Shown here: positions 31,098 through 43,172 of the stretch, piece by piece
Numbering within the stretch: position 1 is the stretch's first letter
Layout: each line of letters opens with the position of its first letter
Origin: Trypanosoma brucei
Lineage: Eukaryota
Direction: 5' to 3'
Length of the DNA: 64,000 nt
Assembly: GCA_000002445.1 (NCBI GenBank)
Contig: CP000068.1
Coordinates: 1,184,001 to 1,248,000, forward strand
Translations under genes and position numbers: made by a program
The notes under the pieces: generated by a model
Databases searched by the model: none
The model's input: only the letters and a program-made list of their open reading frames with translations
What the model was told of the DNA's origin: nothing

Positions 31098-32216
31098 ATG
31101 CGTAGGAACAATCGCACACGTTGCACTATTGATGATGTGAATGGAATGCTTGCCAGAAACGCGCAGCTACGCAACGCCTTACAGGAAAGGTACAAGCAGT
31201 TGAAAATGCGATATGAACAGCTGGCAGCTCTGAGAGCGGCCCTCTCTCCTTCGCGGGGGGTGACTCTGAGGAAACTAGGTGTAAGACAGGAAACTGCTGA
31301 CGGTGCCGAGGAGGTACGTTTCCTTGACGATTATACAACGGGAGGTGTGGGTAATCCCCCCTTTCGTGACGCTGGTATTTATTCAGCCAAGAATATTGTA
31401 TGTTACGCACCGGTTCCACCTACACGAGACGAGTTGCGATGGAAAGGAGTGACGTTGGCATTTCCACAGTTGGCATACGTACATTCTTTGGCAATGCTGC
31501 CGGAAACAGCGAACAGTTTTTCTAAAGCTCTCCAGTGGAGTCGAGAAGAAGATAGTGCACTCAGAGAGCAGGTTCACGCCTACAAGGGCGCAAGGTGTGG
31601 ACCTTCTTTTTGGAAAGCACTTGGTGCACCCGGTCAATCACGATTCGAAGTGGCGAGTCATTATATTAGGTTGCAGCAGCTTGGACTCATCGAACCGGGG
31701 AAAAACGACAAAACGATGATGTGGATCCCAGAGGAACAACGCGATATTGCTTTGCGGGAGGCAGTGTGGCGTCATTTAGGTGATGAGGGTGGCATTATGG
31801 CGGCTTACGTGGAAATTATTAGCGTTGCAGCACGGAAATGTGTGTACCTTTCGGAGGTAACATGTAATGAATCACTTGTGTTCCCTCCGTATGTGTGGGT
31901 GAAGCGTACCACCTTCAATTGGCTAACTTCACTTCTCATACAGAAAGCGAAAGCTCCTCTCGTGCGATGTGAAGGAGAATTTTCAGATGATACACCTTTG
32001 TGCATGCACTTTAAGAGTGACATTTCCCTAAAACTTTCTGCAGAAGATATGATGGCGTGTTTGTTGGCTTTCAAGGGTGAGGTGTTCGGAGAGGTGGGTG
32101 GACTGCGGTTTATTGAGCGCGCGTTTTTGCCGAAGAATAGGACCTATGCACTGAAGGCCACAGACTTCATGGCTAAAAGAGAGGGCAAGAAACATAAACT
32201 GGATGAAGAAGTTTGA
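31098..32216 (+). CDS. Hypothetical protein (372 aa)
   Basis: ORF in the polycistron orientation. No motif recognised. Confidence 0.5.
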   Translation: MRRNNRTRCTIDDVNGMLARNAQLRNALQERYKQLKMRYEQLAALRAALSPSRGVTLRKLGVRQETADGAEEVRFLDDYTTGGVGNPPFRDAGIYSAKNIVCYAPVPPTRDELRWKGVTLAFPQLAYVHSLAMLPETANSFSKALQWSREEDSALREQVHAYKGARCGPSFWKALGAPGQSRFEVASHYIRLQQLGLIEPGKNDKTMMWIPEEQRDIALREAVWRHLGDEGGIMAAYVEIISVAARKCVYLSEVTCNESLVFPPYVWVKRTTFNWLTSLLIQKAKAPLVRCEGEFSDDTPLCMHFKSDISLKLSAEDMMACLLAFKGEVFGEVGGLRFIERAFLPKNRTYALKATDFMAKREGKKHKLDEEV

Positions 32217-32750
32217 GGTGCCTGGGGGCGATCAAAAATAAAGGAGCATAGTGCCAAGTAATGTGATTATCATGCACAATATATCACTGTTCCTCACCTT
32301 GCGCGCACTCGCATATGAACTTGCTGTTGCGCCATATCTATGTGTGCTTGGGTGTTACTGAGAACCCTCGCTTTCCTTTGCTTGTTTGCCGATGCTGTTG
32401 CTGCTGCGGTTCCTCCTGTCCATTTGTGTGAGTACTGCGTATAAATTAATGCGTAAATATATACGGCACTGAGGAGTTTGTATGTTTGTCTCTGTAGTTT
32501 ATCTCACTGGGACTGAGTGTTTGATATTGTATGTTTTGTGTATTAGCGTGACAGACTTCCAACTGAGGCACGTTGCTCGGTACTTCACTAGGATCTATTT
32601 TTCTCTTTTACCTATCCTACTACCACATTCCGTTCGTAGGGAATCAGTGAGGTAAATTAATTTGTTCATTATTATTTTTTAAATAGCGAGAAGGGAATCG
32701 AACGAAGGCCTTTTAAGGAAAAGGAAGGGATTTTTTTTTCTGTTTGTGGA

Positions 32751-35699
32751 ATGATGTCACGGACCGTTGAGCTCGAGCGTTGTATCCTGCGCACCAAAAC
32801 GTACGAAGCATACAAGAATGTTCTGCAGCAGAGCACATCCATGACCGATAACGCGCAGTCGTTAGTGAACACCTTAATTCAAACACATGGTGAGATACAC
32901 CTTGGCGAGAAGATTCCATCCGGTGATGGTCGTCCTGTTGAGTTCGTGGTGGTTGACTTGGTTCCTGCAACAGTCGGTACCTTAACAGAATCGACTACTG
33001 TTATTGTCCTTCCACCTTCCTCGGATGGGAAGGAGCTGCCGCCTACCGCTGCCATGGGAACGACGGGGAGCTCCGCTGAGGGCACCGGCGCCGATGGGGT
33101 GAGTACAAATAATGAATTGGAGAGAGGCGGTATATGTTCCGTTAGGTTAGACTACTCGCTTTCGGGTTCCTCCACGGCTGCATCGGAGGCTTTTCTTCTA
33201 AGCACACTTCTGCAAGACGGCAGTATTGTGTGTGTGGGCGACGAGGAATACACGACTGCGTTTACACTCGTGAGGCAAAGGGATGACCCAGTGCCTACGA
33301 CAGAGCAGCAGGAGCAAGCAGAAACACAACGAAGAAAACAGCAGTGCGATACGCTACCCACCTTGTATGCTTCACCAAGTGTCTTTCGCAACATTCGGGC
33401 CTTTCTCATGCTTGACGTGCTTCCTACAATCATGAAATCGCGTTTCCAATACAATGATGATCAGTTGTGTGTACCTGTGTCGCTTTTTCGAGAGGTGCAC
33501 AACGGAAGTGGCGCCCCAATAACTATTGAGGCGGTTAGTAGCGGAAGCCGAAAGGAGTTGCATCTAAGTGCTGTTGCAGTTACACCTGCATGGCCGGTGT
33601 TTATTTTAACGGAAGTGTTTGGTGAAAGCTACGAAACTCTTCTCACCGCAACTCTAAAAGCTTCCGAGAGAGCCCTTCATGGGCGGATTGTAGCTGAGGG
33701 GGATGTTATTGTTCTTTCTGTCACCCCGACTCAACTTGTTGAAATGCAGTTAGAGCCTAATACTGCTGTGGAGGCGGTGCTGGTGCAGGTTATCCATGCT
33801 GTACAGAGCGGTTGTGCCCTACCAGCGGTGGTTACATCTGTGCTGCACGACGGCGCAATCGCTATCCCCTTCCGAGTTCTTGAAGTGAACACGCTGTCAG
33901 GCGCTGCATACGGCCGCATTGAGCTAGAAGACAAGGGCAACGGTACGGAGCTGCTCTTGTTATTACAAAATGCTCTGGCTTCTCCCGACACTACGCCGCT
34001 CTTTCCGCCCCCTCCCACCCCTCCGACGTTCTTCCCACAGCTGTCTCTGACAATGAACATCCGCAGCGCATTGGAGCGTTGTTACGTGCCAAGCAATGCA
34101 GGCACCACCAGTGTGTTTGTGGTGCATGCAACTAAGGAAAACTTGCCAGTTGAGTGTGTTTCGATGGTTATGGCACTTCTTGGCGTGGAGTGTCTTCTTG
34201 TTGACATGGAACGGAAGAGCGACGAAGAAGTGCAGAGGCTTCTGGGGGCGTATATGAGCTGTTCTGGGGAAGTCGCTCTGGTTATTCGTAATGCGCAGAA
34301 GCTTGATCAACGCACCGAACTGTTGCGCTTGTTTGACGCAGACAACTCAGGCAATGGAGTTGATGGCACTTGTAGCGACGGTGATTGCTTAAATGGTATT
34401 CGTGTCATATTTCTTGTTTGTGAGTGCGTGGAAGCTCCCCCACCTGCAGTGGCTGCGCAGGCGCGCAACGTCGAGGGGGTGTTGAAGGGTACACATCCTT
34501 CTGAGAAGGATCGTCGCTTCATCGTTGAAAATATTTTCACAGGAGCCCAGCGGTCCCGTGGCTTTTGCAAGAGTTTACTACTATCATTTGATTCTGTTGC
34601 GTCGTGGACCGTTGGTCTAAGTACCGTCGATGTGGTGGCGTATGCTGAAGAATGCGTGTCTGTCTTGGCGTCCATGTCACTTCCGGACGGCGTTCTACCG
34701 GTTCTATCCGAGTCCCTGTGCAGCAGCATTTTGGAAAAATTTCAGAAGGCTCACGGACACAATCTGGTGTCAACAAAACTACAACCTGTACGCTGGAGTG
34801 ATGTTGGTGGTCTCGAGGACGCCAAGCGCGAGTTGCGTGAAATGATTCAACTGCCGCTGCTCTACCCGGAGCTGCTGGGAAACGGTGGTAACGCAAAACA
34901 TGGGGCCGGCATTCTTTTCTACGGCCCGCCCGGCTGCGGCAAGACGCTCTTGGCGAAGGCCGTAGCCACCGAAATGAACATGAATTTTATGGCTGTGAAG
35001 GGCCCCGAGTTGATCAATCAGTATGTCGGTGAAAGTGAGAAAAATATACGTCTACTGTTCCAGCGTGCGCGCGACAACTCGCCGTGTATTATATTCTTTG
35101 ATGAACTGGACGCATTGGCTCCGGCGCGTGGAGCCAAAGGTGACGCCGGTGGAGCAATGGATCGCGTCGTGGCACAGCTGCTCGTGGAGGTTGATGGTGT
35201 TGGCCACAGTCGCAGCGATGGAACTGCAGCCGGGAAGGTGTTTATTATCGCCGCCACCAACCGCCCAGATTTGCTTGACCCCGCACTACTGCGGCCCGGC
35301 CGCTTTGACAAACTTTGTTACCTAGGTATTCCTTCCACACGCAGTGAGCAATTGGTTGCATTACGAGCACTGACACGCAAATTTCACCTCGCTGAAGATG
35401 TTGATCTGGAAGCTCTACTGCAGCCAATGACTTTGGATTACACAGGCGCTGATCTGTTTGCATTGTGCTCTGACGCTATGATGTTTGCGGTCGAGGCTAT
35501 GCTGCAGGAATCTCTAACTTTTAACGAGGAGGGTTCCCCCTCTATGCTGGCAGAGCCGGCTAAAAACTTGGTCGTCCGCATGAACGACTTTGTGAGGGCA
35601 CGTGACCAACTGAAGCCATCGGTGACTGCTGAAGACCTTCGCCGATACGAAAGCCTTCGCACCAAATTTACCGCTAATTCGGGTCGTGTGGCTGATTGA
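32751..35699 (+). CDS. AAA+ ATPase with a long N-terminal region and a single canonical C-terminal AAA module; candidate peroxin PEX6-like (glycosome biogenesis)
   Basis: C-terminal module has Walker [21 protein letters not shown], Walker [36 protein letters not shown]. The upstream ~650 aa carry a degenerate D1-like region, an architecture typical of PEX6. 982 aa. Confidence 0.6.
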   Translation: MMSRTVELERCILRTKTYEAYKNVLQQSTSMTDNAQSLVNTLIQTHGEIHLGEKIPSGDGRPVEFVVVDLVPATVGTLTESTTVIVLPPSSDGKELPPTAAMGTTGSSAEGTGADGVSTNNELERGGICSVRLDYSLSGSSTAASEAFLLSTLLQDGSIVCVGDEEYTTAFTLVRQRDDPVPTTEQQEQAETQRRKQQCDTLPTLYASPSVFRNIRAFLMLDVLPTIMKSRFQYNDDQLCVPVSLFREVHNGSGAPITIEAVSSGSRKELHLSAVAVTPAWPVFILTEVFGESYETLLTATLKASERALHGRIVAEGDVIVLSVTPTQLVEMQLEPNTAVEAVLVQVIHAVQSGCALPAVVTSVLHDGAIAIPFRVLEVNTLSGAAYGRIELEDKGNGTELLLLLQNALASPDTTPLFPPPPTPPTFFPQLSLTMNIRSALERCYVPSNAGTTSVFVVHATKENLPVECVSMVMALLGVECLLVDMERKSDEEVQRLLGAYMSCSGEVALVIRNAQKLDQRTELLRLFDADNSGNGVDGTCSDGDCLNGIRVIFLVCECVEAPPPAVAAQARNVEGVLKGTHPSEKDRRFIVENIFTGAQRSRGFCKSLLLSFDSVASWTVGLSTVDVVAYAEECVSVLASMSLPDGVLPVLSESLCSSILEKFQKAHGHNLVSTKLQPVRWSDVGGLEDAKRELREMIQLPLLYPELLGNGGNAKHGAGILFYGPPGCGKTLLAKAVATEMNMNFMAVKGPELINQYVGESEKNIRLLFQRARDNSPCIIFFDELDALAPARGAKGDAGGAMDRVVAQLLVEVDGVGHSRSDGTAAGKVFIIAATNRPDLLDPALLRPGRFDKLCYLGIPSTRSEQLVALRALTRKFHLAEDVDLEALLQPMTLDYTGADLFALCSDAMMFAVEAMLQESLTFNEEGSPSMLAEPAKNLVVRMNDFVRARDQLKPSVTAEDLRRYESLRTKFTANSGRVAD

Positions 35700-36129
35700 A
35701 AACTCCGTACTGTTACTGTTCAACGTGTGTTCGAAACGGTGGCTGTGAGACGAGACAACCCGCAGGATGAGGGTTGCGGAGCCGGCAGAAGGAGATATCA
35801 CTTCGGCGAGGAGCACTAGTAATGAACCCTTTTTTCAAAAAAAAAAAGTTGTTTTGTTTGTGGCGCAAGCTGTTTTTTCCTTTTTTTAAAAAAAAAGGCG
35901 TAACGAATGGTATTATACGCTGGCGCTGCGTAGGCGTCGGTGGGGCTGGTGTTGTTAAAGTCGTTCTTTTCTCCCCGTCTAAGCGTTGGGGTTTTCTTTT
36001 CGGTGTCATTCCCATTCCCCTTCCCGGACATTTTTTTTGTACATGAACTTCAATGAACCGGCCGACACACGCAACTAACGGTTTGTTGGAGGGTGCTAGA
36101 AACAAGGTGCAGCCCAACGCGCGGCAGAA

Positions 36130-37497
36130 ATGACGGGAAAAAATCACTCGGTCGACAGGAGTAGCGGATTTAGCTTATTAATTGATGGGAACGAGCAGGA
36201 AAATGCCGAGCTCACCTCCGCAGCCGCCTCCTCCCCCTCCTCCTTTACCGTGAGGCGTCGCATGAGCATGCGGGAGCACCTTAGTCTATTCGCCATGTCC
36301 TTTAGCTACGGATTGTGCTTTAACACTCTTAATAACATTGTTATTCCCAAGACTGTCGCAAGAATAACACACGGCAAGGAAAGTCTCTGGGTTGGTGTGC
36401 TAATGGGTATTGGGGCCCTGTGTCAAATCACTTCCCCTCTGTTTGGCGCCTGCAGCGACCGACTGGGTAACCGAACCATGTTCTTGACGAATGGAGCCAT
36501 GCTGACAGTTGTTGGCCTCGTCTTATTTACCTTCGTTGAGATTACGAATTCAATGTTAGTTTTGTGTATCGCACACTTCGTCTCCTCGGTGGGTCTCTCA
36601 GTTGCGTACAGCATGGTAGTTGCTCTCCTGAATGATTATGTTGCTAAGGAGGAGACTGGAAAGGGGAGCAGTGCCATGGCACTGCTAGCAATTATAGGAA
36701 GTGGTGTTGGCTACACGATGTTGGCTGTCGGTGTCTCCACAGTTTTCTGTCTCGGGACGTATGCGCTTGCAACCATCTTTTGTTTAGTAATCACATTAAA
36801 TTCTATTCCATCGGAACCACTGAGACAGCCGCCTCAAGCGTTGCACTTCAGTGACACGATACTGAACTCCTTCACCATTCCATCCTTTCGAATTTTCCCC
36901 GACTTTGGCTTTGCGTGCGTCGGGAGGGGGCTTTTTAACTGCGGTCTGGCAGTACAAGTATATATCATATTTTTCCTGCGAGACATTGTGCAGTTGGCGA
37001 GCCCCGCAGAGGTAACCTCGGCGCTGTCTGTTGCAGCTCTCCTCGGTGGCCTGTTGGGAGCCGGGTTGAGCGGTCCCGTCTCCGACCGTGTGGGACGTAA
37101 GTCACTGATATATCTTGCAGCGGTGACATGCTCCCTATCGCTGCTCATGTTATTAGAGGTAAGAAGTTTGGAGTTTCTGTACATTATTGGGTTTGTGCAT
37201 GGAATGGGAAGCGCGTCATTCCTTTCGGTGGACTACGCGATTGGTGTGGAAACGTTACCGCGGAAGGACGGCATGCCGATTGATACAGCAAAGGATTTGG
37301 GCATCTTCGGTGTGAGTGCGACAATTGGCACGTTTGCCGGACAGCTACTGTACGGTATGCTGCTTCACATGTATGTGTCTAAGGGGGAAGGCAACACCCA
37401 GCGCTACAGCAGTATCGGGTTTGTTGCCGTCTACAGTGTGTCGTGCATGGCTTTTATTTGCAGTGGGATTACACTAGCGTTTATTAACACGAAGTAA
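36130..37497 (+). CDS. Major facilitator superfamily (MFS)-type polytopic transporter
   Basis: ~12 predicted hydrophobic helices in a 6+6 arrangement with a central loop. Motif-like GACSDRLGNR after TM2 (MFS signature G-x-x-x-D-R-x-G-R-R-like). Confidence 0.6.
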   Translation: MTGKNHSVDRSSGFSLLIDGNEQENAELTSAAASSPSSFTVRRRMSMREHLSLFAMSFSYGLCFNTLNNIVIPKTVARITHGKESLWVGVLMGIGALCQITSPLFGACSDRLGNRTMFLTNGAMLTVVGLVLFTFVEITNSMLVLCIAHFVSSVGLSVAYSMVVALLNDYVAKEETGKGSSAMALLAIIGSGVGYTMLAVGVSTVFCLGTYALATIFCLVITLNSIPSEPLRQPPQALHFSDTILNSFTIPSFRIFPDFGFACVGRGLFNCGLAVQVYIIFFLRDIVQLASPAEVTSALSVAALLGGLLGAGLSGPVSDRVGRKSLIYLAAVTCSLSLLMLLEVRSLEFLYIIGFVHGMGSASFLSVDYAIGVETLPRKDGMPIDTAKDLGIFGVSATIGTFAGQLLYGMLLHMYVSKGEGNTQRYSSIGFVAVYSVSCMAFICSGITLAFINTK

Positions 37498-38319
37498 AGG
37501 ATTTGACACTGGCGCAACCATATCTCGAGCCGGAGTGTGGTTCAGGGAACAGGTAACAGCGGAAATTGAAGCAGGTGAAGTCCCACGATGTGTTTGCTAA
37601 GTTGCTGCTTGATGCGGTTCCACCCGCAGGTAGCCTCCATGAAGTTCACGAGCAGCCGAAAGAGTCCGCGTATGACAAATAGATGAGTGGCTTGCCACAG
37701 ATAATTTTTTTCCCTCTCTTTTGTGTTGGTCGTTTAAATAACGGTCACAAGGTGCGTTTGTCTGCGTAGCACTCCGGTGGAAATAATCTTATGTTGTGGC
37801 ACATATGGGGTGAAGTTGCTGAGCATTTGTATGAACAGTCCCGCGTAACGCTGGTTTTGAACTTGCCGTGTGTTGTCTTTTTTTTTTTTTTGAAGGTTTT
37901 GTTTATTCTACCCATTTTCCTTTATCGGTGATGTGGGCCAAGGTTCTCTTAGAAGATGCAATTCCGCTCAATCTCTTCTCTCTTTTTTTTTCGGTTTTTA
38001 CATGACTTTTTATCCGTTTATACGTGCACAGGGGTCCTGGCAGAGACGGAGCCGTGTGGTAGACTTCTGAGACGTTACTTTCTTTTGCCGCGGCTTCACA
38101 TTGTTATGCACCAATAAGATGGTATTTGGAATGTACCTAAATTGCAAGTCGTGTTTGCCACTGGCGCTACTCTTGTGTTTGTGCTTCGTGTGGAACGAAA
38201 GGACTGGAGAAGTGGCTTTGGTTCCATCTCTAGACCCTCTTCCAAATATTTAATCATTCAAGTTACTCCTTCATCTTCACCCACTGTGACTAACCAACAA
38301 AACAAAGAAACATAAAGAC

Positions 38320-40335
38320 ATGTCGTCTTCAGACATCGCGGTAAAGCGGATCCGTCGCCAATGGGAACCTGAAGATAAGGCATGGCGCGATGAGGCGCTG
38401 CAGCTGCCATGGGAGGAGGTCTCACCGCCGCTGCACAGCACCACCTTATTTGCCTTACGTAACGTCTTTTTCTTTTCTCACGCTACAGCAGTCCAGGCGC
38501 GCACAATTAGTGTCTTTTGTTCTTCGGGAAACAGTACCATAGTTGAAGCACCAACTGGTAGCGGGAAGACACTTGCCGTGCTCATTCCACTGATGGAACG
38601 TACAGTACGGGCGTGTGATGCTTTTGTTGCAGCGCACAACTTTCCGTTGCTACGGCGCGATATTATCGGCATCGTTCTGGCCCCGTCGCGCGTCCTTGCG
38701 GAACAAACGTTTGTGGTCGGTCGCAACCTTGCCGCACGCCTGCCGCATACAATACGGTTCGCCCTGTGCGACGGGGCGGTACAGTCAGCGGATGTAGTTC
38801 TAAAGAGTTTAAAGGCTGCGGCGCGTGGTGCGGGAACTTTTCTGGTGACAACGCCACGTGACTTAGTTGACTTTATTGCTGCTTTAAATACAAAGCGTCC
38901 TACAGAACACCCACCTGTAGCGAGAAGTGACGCCGAAACTAGCGAGGGCGGCCGGTCAGTGCACAACGAACCGGATGAACGGGAGGAGCTTCTGGCCGCA
39001 CAAGACGAGGAAACACTGCGACGCTACTATGAGAAGCGCGGTAGGCGTAAGGACACGAGCGAGAAAGACACTGGACACAACGTACAGCTGCGTGGCTGTC
39101 ACAATGAGCGGTTTGTACTTGTAGTGGATGAAGCGGATCTTGTCTTTCATTCAGTTGAGATGCGTGGAATCGTGACTGAGTTTGTGGCGACGCACGCTTA
39201 TTTGCAGCAACCACTGGACAAGCGCCTGAAGGAAGAGCGTGGTGAATCCACGTCAACATCGACAAATTCCTCGGAGAAAACCTTATCGATGGATTTGTCA
39301 TTTGTCGGCGCAACTGTGTCAACTTCGACGGAGGTACAGACTTATGCTGAGAGGGCGTGTGCTGCTCTCCAGTCCAAGTTACACAAAGTGGTGCTTAATA
39401 GCAATGAAGACTTTGTAACCCAACTGCAGAACCGCTATCTGCTTTGTGAGGCACATGACTTTTTACCGATATTGATTCAGCTAATGAACTTACACTCATC
39501 CAAGAAGCATTTTATCTTCTTTAACAGTCCCAAAACGCTCCGTTTTGTTGAAAAGTTGTTTTCCCGTTTGGTGGAGAGCCATCAAATGTTGTTGTGCATC
39601 AACCATGTGTTTGTTATGTACGAGGGAATGAACGAGCGCACCCGACTGGACCAGTACAATGCTTTCCTCAATCACAAAGCGGAGGTGAAGGCGGGCGCTA
39701 CAGATGGGAAGAAGGCTGCACTGCTCTCCGCAACTGAAAAAAAAAACCAGTTTTACACCAGCGGTTGGAAACGGGAAGGTCGACAACCCGGTGGCAGGGG
39801 TGCGATTCTTCTTTGCACGGATGTGGCTGCGTTTGGCTTGGATGTACGTGATGTAGATTATGTCTATCACTTTGAACCTCCAACAACTGTGCAATCGTAC
39901 GTGCACCGCATTGGACGTGTTGGGCGGATGGGTATGAGAGGAAGCAGTATACTGATTCTTCCTTGCTTCAGTACAGATTCCTCACTGACAGAAGCTCCCG
40001 AACGAAAGTCAACGAGCACGAGGTTTAACACATTAATCAACACGAAGAGCGCAACGTCCAGCATTCAGACACAGCAGGTATCAGAGGCTGACCTTAGCGA
40101 AGAGCGACGCCAGTATCTGAAAGAGTTGGGCGAGCGAAGTGAGTTGCAGCCGTGTTCCATTCCCCCTTTCGCCCCCATCGCGGCAACTGTACGAAACGTG
40201 ATTTCCCAGCACAATAAAATTAAGACATTGGCTCAGCAGGCGGCCATGTCCATGTGCACCGCTCCATCTTCTGTGGAAGGGGTGAAATCATGGTTTGACC
40301 CTAAACTCGCTCTCCACGCCCTCCTGCTTAACTGA
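38320..40335 (+). CDS. DEAD-box ATP-dependent RNA helicase with large insertions
   Basis: Motif I APTGSGKTLAVLIPL, motif II VVDEADLV, motif III SAT (ALLSATEKK), motif VI HRIGRVGRMG. Confidence 0.85.
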   Translation: MSSSDIAVKRIRRQWEPEDKAWRDEALQLPWEEVSPPLHSTTLFALRNVFFFSHATAVQARTISVFCSSGNSTIVEAPTGSGKTLAVLIPLMERTVRACDAFVAAHNFPLLRRDIIGIVLAPSRVLAEQTFVVGRNLAARLPHTIRFALCDGAVQSADVVLKSLKAAARGAGTFLVTTPRDLVDFIAALNTKRPTEHPPVARSDAETSEGGRSVHNEPDEREELLAAQDEETLRRYYEKRGRRKDTSEKDTGHNVQLRGCHNERFVLVVDEADLVFHSVEMRGIVTEFVATHAYLQQPLDKRLKEERGESTSTSTNSSEKTLSMDLSFVGATVSTSTEVQTYAERACAALQSKLHKVVLNSNEDFVTQLQNRYLLCEAHDFLPILIQLMNLHSSKKHFIFFNSPKTLRFVEKLFSRLVESHQMLLCINHVFVMYEGMNERTRLDQYNAFLNHKAEVKAGATDGKKAALLSATEKKNQFYTSGWKREGRQPGGRGAILLCTDVAAFGLDVRDVDYVYHFEPPTTVQSYVHRIGRVGRMGMRGSSILILPCFSTDSSLTEAPERKSTSTRFNTLINTKSATSSIQTQQVSEADLSEERRQYLKELGERSELQPCSIPPFAPIAATVRNVISQHNKIKTLAQQAAMSMCTAPSSVEGVKSWFDPKLALHALLLN

Positions 40336-40645
40336 TGTGTCAGTGCTTCCAATGTGCACAAAAGACTGGCACAATAAGTGTTTGTCGTCTTGTTACTACT
40401 CTGTGAGGCTCGCCTCGCGCCTATTTCGATTAAAAAACTACACACCTCTTTCACGGTATGATAACGGTACTAAACACCTTGTTTTTCCTAATAACTCTTT
40501 TTTTCCCTACCAATATACCACCTCCCGTTGTAGCGGTTGCCAGTGAGTTGTGCCTAATACATATTCTTAACTGGGGGTGTGGTTTTTTGATTTTAATTTC
40601 ATCTTCTTTCACATAATATTTGTGTGATCAACATTAGAGCCAGAT

Positions 40646-41605
40646 GTGATGTACAGCTATAACAACATTATTGAAAAAAATGAGCCATGCAAAAAGGATG
40701 TGATTGAGAACCTTCAACTGAGCCTCTCACCAACCGGAGCGGTCAGACAATTTCGTGTGGACGAGCGCGTGGATGTGGTGGTGGTGGAGGGTTTTTTGTC
40801 GAATGACGAGTGCGACCAGCTCATCGCTGCATGTGAAAAGGTTGGATACACATTCTGGCGGCAAAAGGATCCTAACGCTGAAGGGGAAGAAGCTGGATGT
40901 TGCGGGGAAGCTGAAGCCCGTGCCTTCCGTGTGGTGGACACTATCGAAGCGAATTTCCCTACGTTGTCGCAGGTTCTCTCCTCACGAATAGAGAAGGTAG
41001 TGAAGCTGGATCCAAAAACGTTTTCTCCCTCTATGGAAGGGGCTGAGGAGTTATTTGCACGTGACCTTGAGGGTACATGGGTTCCCCAACAACTAGCACA
41101 AAACCTTTTGTTCGCGCGCTACGGTGCGGGTGGTCACTTCTCTCCGCATATCGACGGCTCCACCATCGTTGATATTAACACTCGGTCCCTTTACACTTTG
41201 CTTATTTATCTTAATGATTGTGAAGCAGGTGGAGAAACGGTGTTGTTTGACGGGGAACAGGCGGAGGTGCTGAAACGTGATGCAGAAAGTGGGAAATATA
41301 TTGGGAGGCGGGAGAACCGCATAGGTGCTGTGAAACCTACGAAAGGCACCGCTGCTTTCTTTTACTATGATGTGTTGCACGAGGGATCGCCTGTGGGAGA
41401 GGGCCACTCCAAGTACATCATTCGCGGTGATTTTCTGTACCGTCGTAACCCACCGATCCTAACAGCGGAGAACGATATGAAGGCGTTTGAATTGTATGAA
41501 AAGGCGCGCGTAGCCGAAAGTAATGGAGACGTTTTCGCAGCGTGTGAAATGTTTCAGCGGGTGCGAAAGCTCTCCAAAGGAGTAGCAGAGTTATACCAAC
41601 TGTGA
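40646..41605 (+). CDS. 2-oxoglutarate/Fe(II)-dependent oxygenase (prolyl-4-hydroxylase-like fold)
   Basis: HxD...H iron-binding triad candidates GGHFSPHIDGS and LHEGSPV. Downstream basic residue (KYIIRGDF) for 2OG binding. Confidence 0.55.
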   Translation: MMYSYNNIIEKNEPCKKDVIENLQLSLSPTGAVRQFRVDERVDVVVVEGFLSNDECDQLIAACEKVGYTFWRQKDPNAEGEEAGCCGEAEARAFRVVDTIEANFPTLSQVLSSRIEKVVKLDPKTFSPSMEGAEELFARDLEGTWVPQQLAQNLLFARYGAGGHFSPHIDGSTIVDINTRSLYTLLIYLNDCEAGGETVLFDGEQAEVLKRDAESGKYIGRRENRIGAVKPTKGTAAFFYYDVLHEGSPVGEGHSKYIIRGDFLYRRNPPILTAENDMKAFELYEKARVAESNGDVFAACEMFQRVRKLSKGVAELYQL

Positions 41606-41949
41606 GCTAAGGAGCCGCTTCACTACTTTGTTTTATTTTTCGTTTCGGCGCGGCCGTCCGGGTGGGGTACAAGATATATTGCTGGTAGCCCACCCTCACA
41701 CGTTTTACAAAGCAAGTTTACGAGTAACAATGGGTGGGAACCGCCCAAAAAATGGAAAGAAGACTTACATGCGGCGGGCGGAAAGGGGGTTTTATGTTGT
41801 TTTTTTTTTTGCACTTTAGCGTGGTGTTAAGAGTCAATCAAGGGGGTTCTGTGAACGGTTTTAACGAGAACATATTACAGCACTAAGACAAGTCTAAATA
41901 GTGAACCCCGTAAGTTTTTAAAGGACTGTTATTTGATCCTCCAATCCCT

Positions 41950-41955
<6 letters not shown>

Positions 41956-41989
<34 letters not shown>
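41956..41989 (+). repeat. (TA)17 microsatellite upstream of PRMT gene
   Basis: atatatatatatatatatatatatatatatatat. Confidence 0.95.
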
Positions 41990-41991
<2 letters not shown>

Positions 41992-42023
41992 TCGCCTTCT
42001 GATTATGAGGTTCGCGCATTACT

Positions 42024-43172
42024 TTGCTTACATTCCTTCACCACAACCCTATCGTCAACCACAAGATGGAGTCCGGGGGGTTTGCAGAAGACTATGACCC
42101 AAATAGCTCTTTGCATCATCAGTACTATGAAAGTTATTCAGATCTTGCTGTGCACCGCTTGATGCTGGAGGATGCGCAACGCATGTCGTTTTATCGCAAA
42201 TCCATAGAGCAAAGTGCATCCATTGAAGGAAAAGTGGTGGTAGACGTGGGTTCCGGCACGGGGATTCTCTCGATGTGGGCGGCACGCGCTGGAGCGAAGC
42301 ACGTCTTTTCCATTGAAGCATCATCGCTGAGTGAATTTCAAATCGGAGTCGTCGAAGACAATGATCTTTCGACGAAGATAACGGTACTCGGAGACACAGT
42401 GGAGAATATTATTGCCGGTGGTGTAGCGAATTTCGTGAACCGTCACAAGGCTAAATTGGGGAAATGTGGCGTAGCAGTGCTTCTATCCGAATGGATGGGG
42501 TTTTATCTGTTCCATGAAGGTATGCTTCCCTCCGTCATCCGTGCGAGGAACTTCTTTCAAGATGTCAACGCCGCCCTGGGGGTTTTGCAGCCTATTGAAA
42601 TGATCCCTGAGCGCGCCACTGTTTTCGTCGCCCCTATTACTTGCAAACCGTATTATGTGCAGCGATACAAAAACTTTTGGCGTGATGTTGACGGCTTGGA
42701 TTTTAGTCGCTATGGACGGATAGAATATGAAGTATATCTCGAACAGGCGTCACCTCTCGTTGAGTGTTTACCACCCTTGTGCCTTCTCCACGAAGGTCTT
42801 TCCCTGATTGAGTTGAATTTATCAACAGTTCAGGAGGAGGTACTCACATCATTGCATAATACCGTCCATTTCGACTTGAAGGAATCCGCTGAGTTTCAGC
42901 AACACGCCAGGGAAGCGGGTAGTGAAGGACGGGTTTCTGTGGACGGTTTTACCGTATGGTTTGATGTAAGTTATGGTGCCCACACACTTAGCACATCACC
43001 TCGCAGCCCTTCCACTCACTGGAAACAAACCACCATCCTTCTTCCAAGAGAAGCCCGAAACGAAGAACTCGTGTCCTTCCCCGTAGAGGGTGGCGAGCTC
43101 GGTGTGGAGATGCATATTAGTGCATCAGATAAAACCCTTCGCTTCTACACCATTGAGCTCGAGTTAAAATAA
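42024..43172 (+). CDS. Protein arginine N-methyltransferase (PRMT family); likely true start at the internal Met (MESGG, nt 42063)
   Basis: SAM-binding motif I VVVDVGSGTGILSMWAARAGA, double-E loop SEWMGFYLFHEGML, THW loop PSTHWKQTTILL. Confidence 0.8.
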   Translation: MLTFLHHNPIVNHKMESGGFAEDYDPNSSLHHQYYESYSDLAVHRLMLEDAQRMSFYRKSIEQSASIEGKVVVDVGSGTGILSMWAARAGAKHVFSIEASSLSEFQIGVVEDNDLSTKITVLGDTVENIIAGGVANFVNRHKAKLGKCGVAVLLSEWMGFYLFHEGMLPSVIRARNFFQDVNAALGVLQPIEMIPERATVFVAPITCKPYYVQRYKNFWRDVDGLDFSRYGRIEYEVYLEQASPLVECLPPLCLLHEGLSLIELNLSTVQEEVLTSLHNTVHFDLKESAEFQQHAREAGSEGRVSVDGFTVWFDVSYGAHTLSTSPRSPSTHWKQTTILLPREARNEELVSFPVEGGELGVEMHISASDKTLRFYTIELELK

